Shown: piece after piece, positions 39,442 through 53,797 of the stretch | Layout of the letters: each line of letters begins with the position of its first letter | Numbering within the stretch: position 1 is the first letter of the stretch | From: Tubulanus polymorphus | Lineage: Eukaryota; Animalia; Nemertea | Reading direction: 5' to 3' | NCBI RefSeq assembly: GCF_964204645.1 | Contig: NC_134027.1 | Location: forward strand, 9,270,485-9,334,484 | Length of the DNA: 64,000 bases | Program-made: the position numbers and the translations under genes | Notes under the pieces: generated by a model | Told to the model about the DNA's origin: nothing | The model's database searches: none | The model's input: only the letters and a program-made list of their open reading frames with translations

Positions 39442-41210
39442 AATAAAGAAGTTTCCAGTTTCTAGGCGCCATTTTGTGGCGGTCCCTCGAGGTCCCCATT
39501 GTTGCGATAATTTGCGCTCATTTTTAAAACATAAGTTTAGATTGAATATCACATAGTTCTACAGTCCCTTGCTCGATGAACTTGATTTATACACCATTTT
39601 AAAGGAAAAGAAATGCAGATATTTGTTGGTAATTCTTGGATTTTTTGAACGCAACAATTGAGAACAGTAACGATATGAAACCAAGGACCGCATATCTTAA
39701 CCGCGCGTAAATGAAATCGCGATATTCATTAATTTTGAAATATCTAAGTATATCTTGAAGCTATATTTCCAATTTTCACAGAGGTTAAAGAGGGTTATTT
39801 GCAGTGTAGGCCTGCTTTAAATTTTTTTGAATATCTTTCCTGAAGAGTGATCTGTACCCGCTTGAGTTTGAGATTACGCGCAAAAGGGGTCTCCCACTGC
39901 GCACCGCCATTTCACCGAACATTGAGATTTACGAAAAGAAATCGCAAAAATAAGATTTTATACTGGTTTGATATCATTATTATTGCTTCTTATGGTTATA
40001 TATTACCTTTATTTTCGTATGTTTAAAAATGGACTTTGAGTGCTTTGAGGAATTCGAGTTTTGTAGCGATGGGAAATTGAAGGATTTCTTGTAAGAGTGG
40101 GGACGTTCTGTGTTGGTTGCATAGGTGGCCTAGTTGAGAGCCTAATTTGCTTTTCAACAGAATGTTCCACTCATGGATGGACACTAGAACAAAGTCTAAG
40201 TTTTTATATATTTTTGAATATGCGGCGCAGCTTTGAGTAGCCCAACTGGACGTTGAGCCCCTAAAACAGAATATCAAATGGGGGACAGGATCCCCTTTAA
40301 ATAAAATATTGATATTTTATATCAGTCAGGTTATCTGGTCGATGTTTTCCAGCAAAAAGGTTGAGATTCAGTAAATTCGTCGTATGATCCCAGGATGAGG
40401 GATTACCGGAGAGAGATATGTGTTGAAATATGTCCTAAGCGTTTAAATTGACTGGCACATTTCACCATGGACTCTAAAACGTTATGGGCCCGTGATTTCA
40501 CCGAACACAAAATCGGCGCTAGGCTGGACGGGCTGCATGGCGACAATTCCCCAACTGGGCCGTTCAAACTTCAAAGCGGAACAAACCGGATCCCGAACCG
40601 AAACCAGCTAAACTAATTGCCCCCGCCAAAATACAGTACAAACAAGATACGGATTATAATCTCAAAATATCCCCATGGAAAAAGTGAAGAAATCAGATTG
40701 CATTTGAAGATTTCTTTTCACAAATCTCAATGTTCAGTGAAATGGCGGTGCGCAGTGGGAGACCCCTTTTGCGCGTAATCTCAAACTCAAGCGAATACAG
40801 ATCAGTCGTCAGGAAAGATATTCAAAAAAATTCAACGCAGGCTTAAACTGCAAATAACCCTCTTTAACCTCTGTGAAAATTGGAAATATAGCTTCAAGAT
40901 ATACTTAGATATTTCAAAATCAATAAATATTGCAATTTCTTTTACGCGCGGTTAAGATATGCGGTCCTTGGTTTCATATCGTTACTGTTCTCAATTGTTG
41001 CGTTCAAAAAATCCAAGAATTACCAACAAATATCTGCATTTCATTTCCTTTAAAATGGTGTATAAATCAAGTTCATCGAGCAAGGGACTGTAGAACTATG
41101 TGATATTCAATCTAAACTTATGTTTTAAAAATGAGCGCAAATTATCGCAACAATGGGGACCTCCTGGGACCGCCACAAAATGGCGCCTAGAAACTGGAAA
41201 CTTCTTTATT
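39442..41210. mobile_element. Non-autonomous DNA transposon with 502-bp inverted arms (39442-39943 and 40709-41210), PHIS group-like ends
   Basis: aataaagaagtttccagtttctaggcgccattttgtggcgg... matches ...ccgccacaaaatggcgcctagaaactggaaacttctttatt over about 500 bp with few mismatches; 765-bp spacer with no transposase ORF. Confidence 0.93.
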
Positions 41211-44200
41211 ACTTTGAAAATTGATTGCCTGCTATTTACCATAAATTCTTTTGCATACGAACCCTCCACCCCACGGCGATCGAGACGTCGGTTTGCCCAT
41301 GGACTCGAGTCCATAGTTTGCCATATCAACACCCGCCATGGGCTCTAACAAATGGATACTGTTACGAATATCATCCACTTGCAGGGATTTGAACCTGATT
41401 GGAAACGTACATCCCAACTGCCAGACCACGCTACGACCCTGACATTATCTTTCGTTATTGTTGTTCGCAGATTTCTGATAAGTGCGATAAGTTCACGCTC
41501 AGTCTAAAGGGAAGAGAGAAACAACCTTCACGAGCTGTTTTGGAAAAGAGCGAAACATTTTCCATAATTGAAATCAACATCCTGTGCGATCAAGTGTCTC
41601 GGACCATGAGGAAAATCTGATAAAGGACTTGTCGGGAAGCTGAAATAGATACGGCTTCTAACTAGCTACAGTCCTAAGCTCATACGCAACTTGCGATTAA
41701 AATTCTCAACAGCTGTCCAATATCTTATCTTTGTAGTTCTTTCCAGTGTCCGGAGAGCGTGAACTGAAGATCATACCTTTTTTCGTAATTAAGAACTTCT
41801 GCGTAAAAAATTATATATAATACACCACCGCTATTGCGGATGGTATGATTTTGTTTGAAACACGCCCGGTGGTTTTCAAGACATCAAACAAGGTACAATA
41901 TATTTTGAAATGCTCGAATTCAAAATCGTGTAGAGTTCGTGATTTTCAGGTAATCCAGGCAAAGAACATTATCTGAATCTTTTGATGGAACGGGAAACCT
42001 TTCGTCGTCGATGTGGTACGTGCACTTTAATAGGATTACGCTTTTTTGAACACGCACCGTATTCCGTAGCGAGGCGTCGATTAGCTTTGTGCGCGCGCAA
42101 TAATTCAAAGTGCGAACATCTCGTTATTACAACACTTCAAAAAAAGCGTGACATATAGAAAATAAGATCCAAAGATGCGGGAATTGTGAGGCCCAGTGCC
42201 ATCCTATAACGGCTCGATGGTGCATATACGTGAGGTAATTAAAGAGTGTAGCTTTGAGCCTTTGTGGAAAACGTGAATGATTTTCCTGATGAGCGCCGTT
42301 GAAAATGTTCGTCGGTGAATCGAATCGTCTCTTTCAAACGCGATCCGGGGAAAACTAGCGCGTCAAGAAGACTTTCTTCTAAACACATCATCGTTTTTCG
42401 ATCGATTCGTATGCACCGTGTGGTGAACTCCGGGAGAGGCGTTCGGAAACTTGAAATAGTCTTTTGACGATTTTTAGGGCTCGAAATAAGTGACCATTGA
42501 ACCGTCAGCGTTCTTTCATATTGAGCACTTGAGGCACTTGAGCACTGGGCGATCTGCAATTCGATTTCAACGTGTTTCGGTTTTGAGCAATTCCCCATTT
42601 TATTCGATTTCCGTGGATTGTTTCGACAAGTTCTCCGCGGCCATTTGAAATTAATACATCGTTCGAATTGCGTTGATGTCACATAAGAAAAACTAATAAC
42701 CAAATGTTTCATTTCTCGAATGCAATGTTAGAATATGACAGATAGTAAAAGGTCTAGAATATGACAGATAATAAAAGGTCTAGGATGTGATTTTTGGAAA
42801 TTGAATTAATGGGAATATCTTTATGAGAGAGCCTATCTTGTCGCATCTACGAAATTAAGACCGATGTGGGAGAAATAATTACTGAAGCGAACTATTAGGT
42901 TCGGTCATGACCATGGCCGTAAAATTTGCTCAGCCATGTACAATATATTTATCCATTAAACGATTCGATCGAATTTCACGCAGAACTAATTGCCATTACC
43001 GGCAATAAATGCTGAGCTCTCAAACCAGCTCTGCGGCTTCAGCAAATGTCCTTTGGATGAACTTTCCTCTTGCACTCGCCACCATATCTTGGAATCTCCA
43101 ATTCGAAATGCGTGTGAGTCAGTCACTTTTCCATCTTTCATACCACCCCTTACTAATCTAACACCTTAGAAAATCTTGGAATGTTCATTTTCTAGATTCC
43201 TGACTCATTCAAACGAATTTCTATAATTTCTTTTCAATATTCGTGTAGGTATACATATGAAGAAATGAATGTTGTAGCGATGACCCATATGTCATTCATC
43301 ACCGCCTCCTCCAGACAAAAATTAGTCTATTTCTATTTCTAGTGGTGATCTACAGATTCATCAGTTCCTGCCGCAGGTCCCAAATTGATTTTGTCGTAAA
43401 CAAACCCGCATCCGAGTCACTTAATGGCAGCTTTGTAAAAACAAGGAGGGTGATAAAATCTAGAAATAGCCTTGATCAAGTATGCTCCAGACATTTTATG
43501 TTCCTACAAAGTATACCTGAACAGACTTCCTTTCAGATATCATACTGATGACCCTTCGAAGTGAGCCGGTAGAATTTGGTCTGTACAATCCATATACAAT
43601 TTGTATTGGCGTAATATCTACGGCGAGGTATAATTTTTTTACTATATTTTTTCGTAGAGTTGGTATGTTTTCTCAAAAGATCATATTTTCTTAATGATAA
43701 TTCGTTTAGAAATAGAATAGATCTTCCTCTCATTGATGGGGCGGGGTTGAAAAGTTAAAAATGAAAAAAAATGAATTGACGCCGGCACGATGACTTAAAT
43801 CTCAGCAGCCCCCCCCCCTCCCCCTGAAAAAGCACGTACCCGTCATAACTGTAAGTTTTATATACCGAAAAAAAACAGAACGCGATTTAATATTACACGT
43901 TGTTTCTTAAGGCACCAAATATAAAATCATTAGGAGCGTATAGACTATATTTTGTTGTAGTTTGCATCTGGGCCCCTGGAGACGTTTTACATTTGAACAC
44001 GATTAGAATATGAGCGTTGTAATGAGATGACACTTTAAAAATTGGTGTCGCCGCTAAAGCGGATCCCTTAGAGCGGTGTATACACGGAAGAGAATGAGAC
44101 ACTGACGTCATTAAGCAGACGATGAAAGATACGCAACGTCTCAACAATTACATCTCGATAACATAACCATTCCTTTTTTCTCTAGGACCTGTGCATCAGG

Positions 44201-44504
44201 AAGACTGTTTTGATGAAACTATTAATAGTAAATGGAGAGGAACTATTTGCATTAATTCAGATGAAGTCATGGCGTCATCGCTTTGACGGCGAGAAAAAAA
44301 TCAGTCGGGTTCAAGTTCGTGCAATGTACGTCCTTCAGTTGAGAGGGAAATAACAGCTCTTTTTCATTTTGTGGCTATATCTGACTTCATGAAAAATAAA
44401 TTCACACATTCGTTCAGTCTCTTGAGTTTATAGTTACCGGTAGATAGTTACAAAAGGAAGGTTTTCTATTGCCATTGATAAAACATTATATCCGTGTTGT
44501 GACG

Positions 44505-44690
44505 ATAAACAGAATCCCACAATGATCACAAAAAATAAAGTCCGAAAATGTTTCTTTGAGCTAGTGTTGTTTTTCTGATGTTTCGACTATATTCTAATAA
44601 TAGCCATCCACAGGAATACAGTAAACACTGGCTCAAGGGAACATTTTCGGACCTAATTTCTTTTTTCTATTATCAAGGGATTCTCTTTAT
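44505..44690. repeat. Fold-back palindromic element of about 186 bp
   Basis: gtccgaaaatgtttctttgagctagtgtt pairs with aacactggctcaagggaacattttcggac; outer ataaa.agaatccc / gggattctctttat. Confidence 0.8.
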
Positions 44691-46971
44691 ATTTTCTGTT
44701 GCTCTCACTTTTTTTATTGGAGATTTCCTGATCGAACTCTAAATTCTGAGTTTGCAATTCGTATCCGAAGCACGCATAATATCTGACGTGTTAATACTTG
44801 CGATATGGTTATGAGATTTCATCGTACTCGGCGATATACACTTGAAGTCATTTGTCACACGGAGGAAAGTCGTCACGACAAAGATTAATGATAATTACAT
44901 CGAACCGATGCTCAAACATTGGTTGAATGTTTGCCTCAATATTTCCGTTTTCGATGATAATTTTCAAAAAAGGAAAATTCTACAAATTGGTTTATTGTTT
45001 GTATCCTGTGCTCGAAGAAATTGTATTCTTTCCGGGGCAATAAATTTAAATCTAAATCTGGAAATATGAAGACGTCTGCCGTGGAGGCGGTAATTAATTC
45101 AGATTAGCAGTCACGTTGAAATATTTTTTTCTTATAATCTCTATGAAAATCAGGTGACAGATTATGTCGCTACAATTCAAGATAACGTTTCAAACGGTGT
45201 GGTTACTCAAATTGCCAACCCAGACTCCTTTATCCGTAATCTAGATGGCTTCGTAATTTCCTTTCCATTCAGTTGTTGTTGCGTGCACTGCGTTCTCTTC
45301 GTCTGCCTTTTCTTCTCGATAAGAAAAAAAAACACTTCATTAAAGAGGCATTAGCTTTGTACGCTACCGCAGCATCGATGATTGGGTATCGCTATAGGGA
45401 TCGGCAGGGAATCGATTTGATTACGTGATTTTAAAGTTTTATCGCCGTCAGTTTACACGAGGACATCCGTAACGAGGTGATTAAAACGCTCGCATAGGCG
45501 ACGCGGTGCAGCTGATACTAAAAATACAGACGATTCGACACGTCATGTGCCGCGATGGTCGATGTACTGCCTCGGGGGATGTTCCGTCGACGCTTTTAAT
45601 GTTGCGCACCATAATTCGAAGACGACGTAAAATGTTGGACGACTGAAATAACATTCAGACGGAAAAGAAAAAAAAAGTATAGTAGATAGATATAAATATT
45701 GAAAATCCTCGATATCAGTTAGGTTTTGCTATCATCATCCCTGACGGGAAACAAATCGTTGCTTGTGTATTCCCCGCAGGAAATAATGTTTACATACTCG
45801 ATCGCTTGTACTATAATTCACTCAACCGACGTATAGTGAATGGCGATTTGCCACCGATCGGTATACATCGGTATCCAGACTGTGTTGATTTACTTGAAAA
45901 AAAGAACCGTCATAAACATTATCAACGAAAAGTTTGTCAATGCAACTCATCCCGAGTTCAATCGGTTCGATGAACTTCAGAAAGAAAAGTTACCCCGCGT
46001 ACCATTGAAATCAACGCCGACTGATTCAATTCGTAATGAAATTTATCAAATTTACGAAGGTCATCAGCAAATTAATTTGCGGCTACAAAGATCGTCTCAT
46101 AATCTGTTGATTGAGTCCCCATAGTTGTGAGTTTAGCTAAACGCACGTTGTCAACTTATTTATCACGTCTGCTTTTAGTTTCAACAACGAGGTATATTTG
46201 CTTCCCTTTATCCCCTCGGGAACTAAAACCGTTTTTCTCCCAAAGTCCCCTCGGTCTTCGTGTATGGTAATGTGTCGTTAGAAATTAGAATACCAGCCGC
46301 CTCCGTCTGTCTCCGGTGTCTTTGTGCACCTGGAGGCAAGCTTCGCCCAGTTGCTCGGCCGGTAAACGCCTCGCCAGCCAGCTTGCCATTTTTGTTCTTC
46401 GTTATCGCCGGTAAAAAGCCGAAGTTAATACATGCGAGAAACGCGGCATCAGGTGTTCGCATTACTCTTTGCTAATAGCCGGCGAGAAACGTGGCGATAT
46501 ACTTGCGTGTGAAGTTACATACCTCGTCTTGCAATTCGGTGAATCTTCGCGCGTTGGAACACACATTTTTGAAAGAAAAGGGTTAATCATTTTGGATGAT
46601 TTCTCAGATCCCCGAAATATCTAAATGGCCATATCATTTTTTGTTAGATCATGTATGGTATAAGTAAGTCTTTCTGGCGTGCACATGATCTCTATTTCTT
46701 GGCGATTTACATATATATATAATACGTCGTGCAAAAATCGATCATCAACGCGAAAATCACCATCTCAGCCTACATATCATACGCATTCCTTGAAATAATA
46801 AAATACACCTGTGCGAATGATCCCTTTTGTTGCACTATCGTCAGGCGAATGACACGAAAAATAACCTGAAAACAGCTGTTCCGTCGTCGCCATATTCCCA
46901 CATCCAAGCCGTAACGACACCGAACGGAGCTCGGGAAGCTTCCGACGTTCTAAAGATGGATCAGCGCACAG

Positions 46972-46991
46972 ACACACACACACACACACAC
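46972..46991. repeat. (AC)n microsatellite
   Basis: acacacacacacacacacac. Confidence 0.9.
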
Positions 46992-47901
46992 TGCCGTTCG
47001 AGTCGTGAGGAAAGATTTAATTCAAACAAACACGAGCGATAGTGAAGAATCTATTCGAGATTTGGCCAATGTCTCCACCGAAGCGACAATTCACGATCAA
47101 GTAGACTGTTTGATTGCTTCTACTTAGCGATTTTATTTGTTTTCTGCCATGTTGGAACAGTGCAAACATGTTGTTTCCATCCCCTTTGGTGTTTTACAAT
47201 GTTCGTTAAGCAAAAGCAAAAAGCGATGGAATTCTATCATGAAATCGAAAGGGTCGTGATGAGGGCCATAAAGGTCCCTTTTTATTATAAATCTTCTGTG
47301 GGAGGGCCGCACCTTGCAGCCTTCACATTGCCAAATATGCCCTTTTCAAATCAAGTGTCCGTGCCAATTTTCAGGTCCACTTTCAAAGAATCCTAGATCC
47401 GCCCTTGCAGTTTTGTTTCGACAGATGTACATCTATTCACGAATTAGTATAATGAATACATACGATACAAATAATCATAAGAACAGTGCGTTAGATCTAT
47501 CATCAGATTCCCGAAACCCTTTTAAATATGACCTAACATCTGTAGTAAACCCCTTTTGAAATGCCAATGTCTGGACTACAATGAAAATCAAAAACATGCG
47601 TTATAAAGAATGGTATTTGAGCTTGATTGGGCAAATCTGTTCACTGAGAAATGTTGAGTGAGCAGTGCCATTAAAAGGGATGGCGTTGTGACGAACTTTG
47701 GCTGTAGTAAGCTTCGATATTTTCCAGAAAATGAAATAGCAATGAACAATTGGCATACCTCTTCAGCGATTCTTTCCATAGATTTGGGCCGTGAGAAATT
47801 ATTTTTCTTACGTTTCTGTTTCACGCACCAAAGAGTGCCATGACTAAAGTGTACCACGTTCAATGCTCCAGTGCGCAAAATGTTGAAATTTTTTATCATG
47901 C

Positions 47902-47923
47902 ATATATATATATATATATATAT
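47902..47923. repeat. (AT)n microsatellite
   Basis: atatatatatatatatatatat. Confidence 0.9.
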
Positions 47924-50202
47924 GCTTGTTAATCTGGTAATGACTACTAATAGCAAAAACGATTTGTCAAATGTGAATAGATGAGATGTCCAATATGCAG
48001 ACAACTTCCACCGCGCGCCCCAAATACTAAATTCGGCGAATTTCAGTTTCTGTAATCATGCCGTTGTAATTGGTAGATTTCTGTAATTACTATTTAATAC
48101 GATGCCATCGAAAAAATCGTTCCTTCTATTCGGGCGCTTCTGAGTTCATCCGTGAAGCAATAAATAAGTATCGAAAAAATGACATCATTAACGTCGTATG
48201 TATGTATGTTGTGGTTATTGTCCTATATCTGTCAATCTGTCATAATTGCGCAAAATCGCTTCCGATTGCTATTCTATCCATCATATATGACTTACATCAT
48301 ATATCGAGTTTTAAAAAAAAGAGAAAAAAAATCAGGCACGTATCCACAAAATTTCGTTTGATTATCGAGCAATAAAGAATGACTTTTTGAAATACTTTAA
48401 GTGTTTATTCCATATGAGTGTTTGTTTTGTATCATTCATGTATTGAAAATTACACCACACCATCTCATTTCATTAAGTATCACTTTTCCAGGTATCATAG
48501 GGTTACAGTCATTCTAACTGAGGGTAGAAGCCTATCAATGAATTATCATATATCGTACATTTTGCTTGTACATTATTGTTAATAGTTCTTTATTGATGAA
48601 ATAACAATACATTAAAACCAAAACATTACATCAATTCAGTGATACTGAGCTGGCGAAACTTGTGATCTTGTTCCAGGGACACATTTCTTTTTCAAAAGAT
48701 CCTTGCAAAACATATACGCAGGTCGTTCCTGGAGCGTGGTGGTAGCAATCACGGCAGTGCAGACGAGATGTTTTTGAGAGCGAAAAACCGGCGATATATG
48801 CCCTCTTAGGGAATGACATTTTTACAAAAACGACGGCAATCAGCGATGAGTTTCCACTAGCGTGGGAGATGTGCAGCAAATCATCTTCCTAGGTGAAAAA
48901 AGCGACGCCAGCTTTTATGATAGGTTTCCACGTCGGGAACTCGGGGATTTATAGTCGCCACGAATTGATAGATATCTGGCGCGAGGATAATAAGACATTT
49001 TCTCGCAGTTTATTGCATGACGCCTCGTACAATTCCTCCGAAATATACGACGAAATTGACTAATTCCTCACCGAAATCCGTATTATCCACGTCTCCTCAT
49101 TAATGTCAAATAAGGCGAAAAATATTGCACAATCTAATGTATTTTTCTCATGTGACAATTTCTATAATTGTAACAGACGTTGTGAACCATCTGCGCCCTA
49201 AAGATTTCGCCATTTTTCTGTCGGTTTCATATCTATCGACTTGTGGAAGGAAATTCGCCATGTTGGCCATCCAGTCGGAAAGGTAAACTATCCAGTCGCA
49301 GACTAAGCGACAAGCGCACGCATTTTATCGGCGGCATCGGAGCCGAAAACCTGAAAAACCGTTCCTGCGCACCAGCAGGGGCACCAAAACAAACTTCCGT
49401 TCTTCTTAGGACACAAAAATGGATCTTTCAAAGAGAATTCTACGTTACTCTTTTTTGTTTTGGCGTTCTGTCGTTCAGCCACCGTCATTTGCATATCAGG
49501 AATTTTACGCTACGGCCCGAATCAGATCAGCCACCATACGTCAACGACGCAAACAAACGCCTCATTCGCACCTGGCTGGCATATCTGCCGCAGCGTGCTC
49601 GTCACCAGTGGCACACTTGTGGGTGCACAGGCATTTGAATTTAATCAGAGAATCTATAAACCAAATTCGAACCTTTAATTCCGAGTATAAAACAAAACCA
49701 AACCACATACGTCCATATTTATTTTTGTAGTGCATCTTTTCGTCTGCTTCGCTTTATCTTTGGTCTGGCAGGTTAAGCGCCAGATGACGTGCAGATACTA
49801 ATAATGCTCCTCTTCTTTCCATTGAGTCCTTTATCGATAGAGTCGGGCCATTAATTATGATTCGCCGCTTTAATTTATGAGGACTATTCGGTCTTTTATG
49901 GAACATTTACTTTAATACGCGCTCGTCTTGACGTTATTCAAAAGAGATACCGCGTGACATCTGCAAATCGATCGCATTAGCGACAAGCCGAAAAGATAAA
50001 ATTGATAATATAAACCCGGCGACGGGTTTGCCTTGCAGGATTTCTCATCGAAGACGCAGAAAAATTGTACTTTACTGCGAAGAGATAATTTGACGATTTG
50101 CATTTTTTATGATTTCCTCGATTTTCGAAGACCAATACGATATACACCTTCCTCTATTCAAACAAACGATCACAAGGTTATGGCCGATGTAATATTTTCT
50201 AT

Positions 50203-50507
50203 CAATAAGGACCCACAACACCAGCTTTCCCACCAAATGGTTTGACTAGTCTTACGTCGTCACAATTAGTTCATTTTCGACTTTGATCTGAATTTTGACT
50301 TACCAAATATGCAATGAGTTCATTTTTTCTATTCAGATGTCGGTATAGTTTTCATATTGTTTATTTTAGGGAAGGTTCGTTCAGTTTTCACCGAAATGTA
50401 GAAGAAATCGAACGTGGAAGACCGAGTAACTACTAGCGAGCCCGGCGTATCCTAGCCTACCATGAGTAGAATCCTCGATTGCCACAGGAGGTCGTAGGTT
50501 CCCGATT
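50203..50507 (-). mobile_element. MITE family E inverted copy
   Basis: gaatcctcgattgccaca is the reverse complement of tgtggcaatcgaggattc in the 30644 copy; the left end matches that copy's right terminus. Confidence 0.7.
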
Positions 50508-51434
50508 CGATGTCGATTAGGAAACGAAAGAATATGTATACAAATAAAATCGTGTTCGACGTTTTTACAGCAGTAGTGAACGGAAATTAGTGATTTACGC
50601 GCGAAAGCCTTTACGAAGGCCAACAGTCTGATATAGCAGGCGTAAAATACACCTGTGACAAGCGAAGGAGAACTGACGTTGTTTAAAAGCTAATATCAGA
50701 TATCATTTTTCAGAGGAGGGAATTAATTCACTACGCAGACGTTTATTTCTATTTGAATTATGATATCTAGGTGGATCCCTTAACTTCTCGTTTTCGCTAT
50801 TCTGCTAGGTTTTTGTAAAAACAACAATAGCCAACCATGAGACTTTTTTAAGTTGTTTTTTTTAAGTACAGTAGTATTAGGTTATCTATTCCAAGACGAC
50901 ATGATTTTTACCCGGGTGATTTTAATCCAAACCTTGTGATCTGGTTGTCAACAACGTGAATTTTGTGAACTTTATATGTCAACGTTCTCACGGCATTTTC
51001 GAATCAGTTCTACTCTAGATTCGAATGGTGATAGAATCCTACGTCGATTCACGCGGCACGCTAAACCCCAATATATGAACAGATTTGTCTTCATTTCTTG
51101 ATCGGCTTTCATATCTCAGTCTGCGAATCGAATCTGGAAGGCGCGTCGATATTTTTTGCGATTGCCGACAATAATTTCTGACGAACGAGAATTTAAACGG
51201 CCATTAATTACTGATATTCGGAAAGATTCGAGGGAACCGTACGCCAAGATATTGAAAGCCGACCGGTGATAAGCCATCATGCCAAGGTATACCTGCTAGC
51301 AATTAAAATCCGCTTCTTCATCTGGTAACTTAAAAACGCGAAGATAGTCGTATTAGGAATTAGGTAACGAGGAGAAAATGTGGGGAATTTATCCTTCTGC
51401 CCGATTTACATTTTATGGTAATTTGTTGCACAGA

Positions 51435-51652
51435 AATGTCAGTTGGAAAAACCTAAACGAGATTTGAGTCACGGGTTCGAGTCCCAGTGAAGCCTTGATA
51501 CTTACAACTTGTCGTCCAAAATCATAGTGTGTTACTGATTGCAAGATATCATTTTTAAAAGTGAAATTTTCGATGCCTTGGCTTTTCAACTCAAGCTATA
51601 TTGCGACTGGACGTGGTGAACGGCCAGCGCCAACAAAATAATCATTATTAAT
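51435..51652 (+). mobile_element. tRNA-derived SINE-like element
   Basis: B box cgggttcgagtccc near the 5' end, body of about 170 bp, aataatcattatta tail; A box degenerate. Confidence 0.5.
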
Positions 51653-53559
51653 GCTTTAGCTACGTAGATTCTTTCCATTCACATGCTATCAAACGATATT
51701 ACCCAAATTAGAAACGTAAAAACGGTATGTTATGAATTCGAAATAAGGCTGTCAGTTTATATCGAGATCATTGTATCAAACGCAATGAACCTCGCGCACT
51801 TGCCGACTATAGATGTGCACCAGATGTCTGGTTTTGTTACATTTCCCCTTGAGCGACAAAATGTAACTTAGTTAGTAACGGAAATTAAACCATACTTACA
51901 AGATGGTCTCATTGGCGGTGCGATACTGACGTCTTAATGGTTTTTAAGACAGCCTTGGAATCTCCCACCTCTCCGATATATGTAATGCTTTTGTGACACC
52001 ATAATGGCTTTTATTGGCTAAAGATACGGCCGTGATACGACGAGTGAACCAAAAACTTTTGTGCAAGAAGGGAAAACGTGTTTCAAAGAGAAAGAAAGCT
52101 ATTACATACGAGGATTTGATCAAAATGGTATTGCCCTACAAAGAAATCTCTCTAGATATATCTATAATGTATGAAATGGTTCAGCGCGATGTGAACAAGC
52201 TCCACCATCTGAGATCCTGCCAGCGATAATCAGCGGAATGAATCTAATTCAATGTCTATTTGGCTAGTTCTCGCAACACCGATTAAGCCTTAATCACACG
52301 TAAATACAGGAAGGCGCCATATGCAGAACCCACAAACGGGCGAACGAATTCTTAGATTCGAACTGGCGTCTTATCGTGTACATCAATCATCCTCAAACCA
52401 CGAGTCGTCCAACATATAAGCGATGGGTTGCAGGTTAATCGACTCGATCTTGAAGGTCCCCATAGGATCAACAAACGACGCTATCCGTCTGTTGGTCGCT
52501 GAATATATCCAAGCGATATTGACTGCGAAACGTCCTTAGAAAAAGGTCATTTACGAGTCATCGTTATACCAATAAAATCCGTAATTGATTTTTCAATAGC
52601 GGCTTTGTCAATTTGAATGTATATAATGCTTTTTAGTTCATTAGTTCTATTCAGCGATGATTTGTTTACTGATCGTATTTCAAATGAATTCCGTGGTAAA
52701 CAGTGTATTTCTTTTAATTTATTCGATTCCGAACGTCACCTCCCAAACAAAATTAGATTCTCCCTTTCGATTTCGAGAAACCCGTGGCTCTTCATATCAG
52801 TTCTCTTCAGCGGGAAACGGAGGTATTGAATTATTCAAATCCGATCGTCAAGGGCCGAAGACGATTGCGTCGTTTGTGCAATTTTTCGCAGTATACGCGA
52901 GTGAAATAAAGTTCAACTGGCGGTCATTTTCTCGACCGACGACAGCCGACAACACAACACCAACGGACAACAACAACGATATACATATATAGATGAGTTT
53001 GAAAACTAATGAAGGAGACTTCTGTCACGCACATGACGTATATAATCCCGTAAAACCCACCCGACGCCTTCTAATTAGATTGCTCGGTGACTGGCATATC
53101 ATTACACTGGTCAAACTCGTTTGCGAAGTATCGTGACCACCGCTGCACCGACGATCTCGACGGAAATTGTTGTTATCAGAGGACAGATAGCGACGTCGAG
53201 TGGTGTGTTTTTCTCGAGACGTTAATGACGATCATTACGGATCGAATAATCTATTTTTGCTACGTTTTACGTCGATTGATCAAATAACGGGCGTGTGTAC
53301 CTATTGGCTCACGGCGAGGTAACACCTCGTTAAATGTCGAATGCCAATAATTAATCTATTTTGCGCGCATTCATAAACGAGTTCAAATGTTTGTTGTTTT
53401 TTTTTCATTCGAAGGTCAGAAAATCGCTATATTGTATTTCTAGATTTTATAGCGGACTCAATTTGCAAAAACCAACGGATTTGGCATTCAATATTTTGAA
53501 CTTCGGGCGTTTTTGGAGTTTAAGGGATATCACAGTAATAACGTCTCCATGTCTAATAT

Positions 53560-53797
53560 ATGTTAAGACACAAAAATTGAGAGTCTTACATGATTGGAAG
53601 CCGAGGTAGGGTTAGACACCAAAATTGAGAGTCTATGAAGTGAGAAATTTGACATATACGTTTTAAGCATGGCGGTCATCTTGAAAATCCAAAATGGCCA
53701 CAAATTTGAAGCTTGGCCCATCGGAAGCATTTTAAAAAATTAGGTGCTTTTGTCCGGAACGCCCACATTGGTCTTGCACCTAAGCTATACCTGACTA
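53560..53797. mobile_element. DNA-transposon end fragment (Academ-like, tentative)
   Basis: Duplicated agacac.aaaattgagagtct, ggcggtcatcttgaaaatccaaaatggcc, and ggtgcttttgtccg...cta terminus; family call from recall only. Confidence 0.3.

Noticed and set aside
41096-41348. Overlapping short ORFs at the fold-back element end
   Set aside because: They lie in the non-coding inverted arm; no transposase motifs.
42280-42315. CTGATGA...GAAA hammerhead-like core on the plus strand
   Set aside because: Stems do not form convincingly.
42239-42712. 157-aa minus-strand ORF in the intron
   Set aside because: No recognisable motif or convincing splice context; length is plausible by chance in 64 kb.
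42729-42784. 26-bp tandem duplication (similar 37-bp one at about 37996-38055)
   Set aside because: Ordinary slippage duplications with no further structure.
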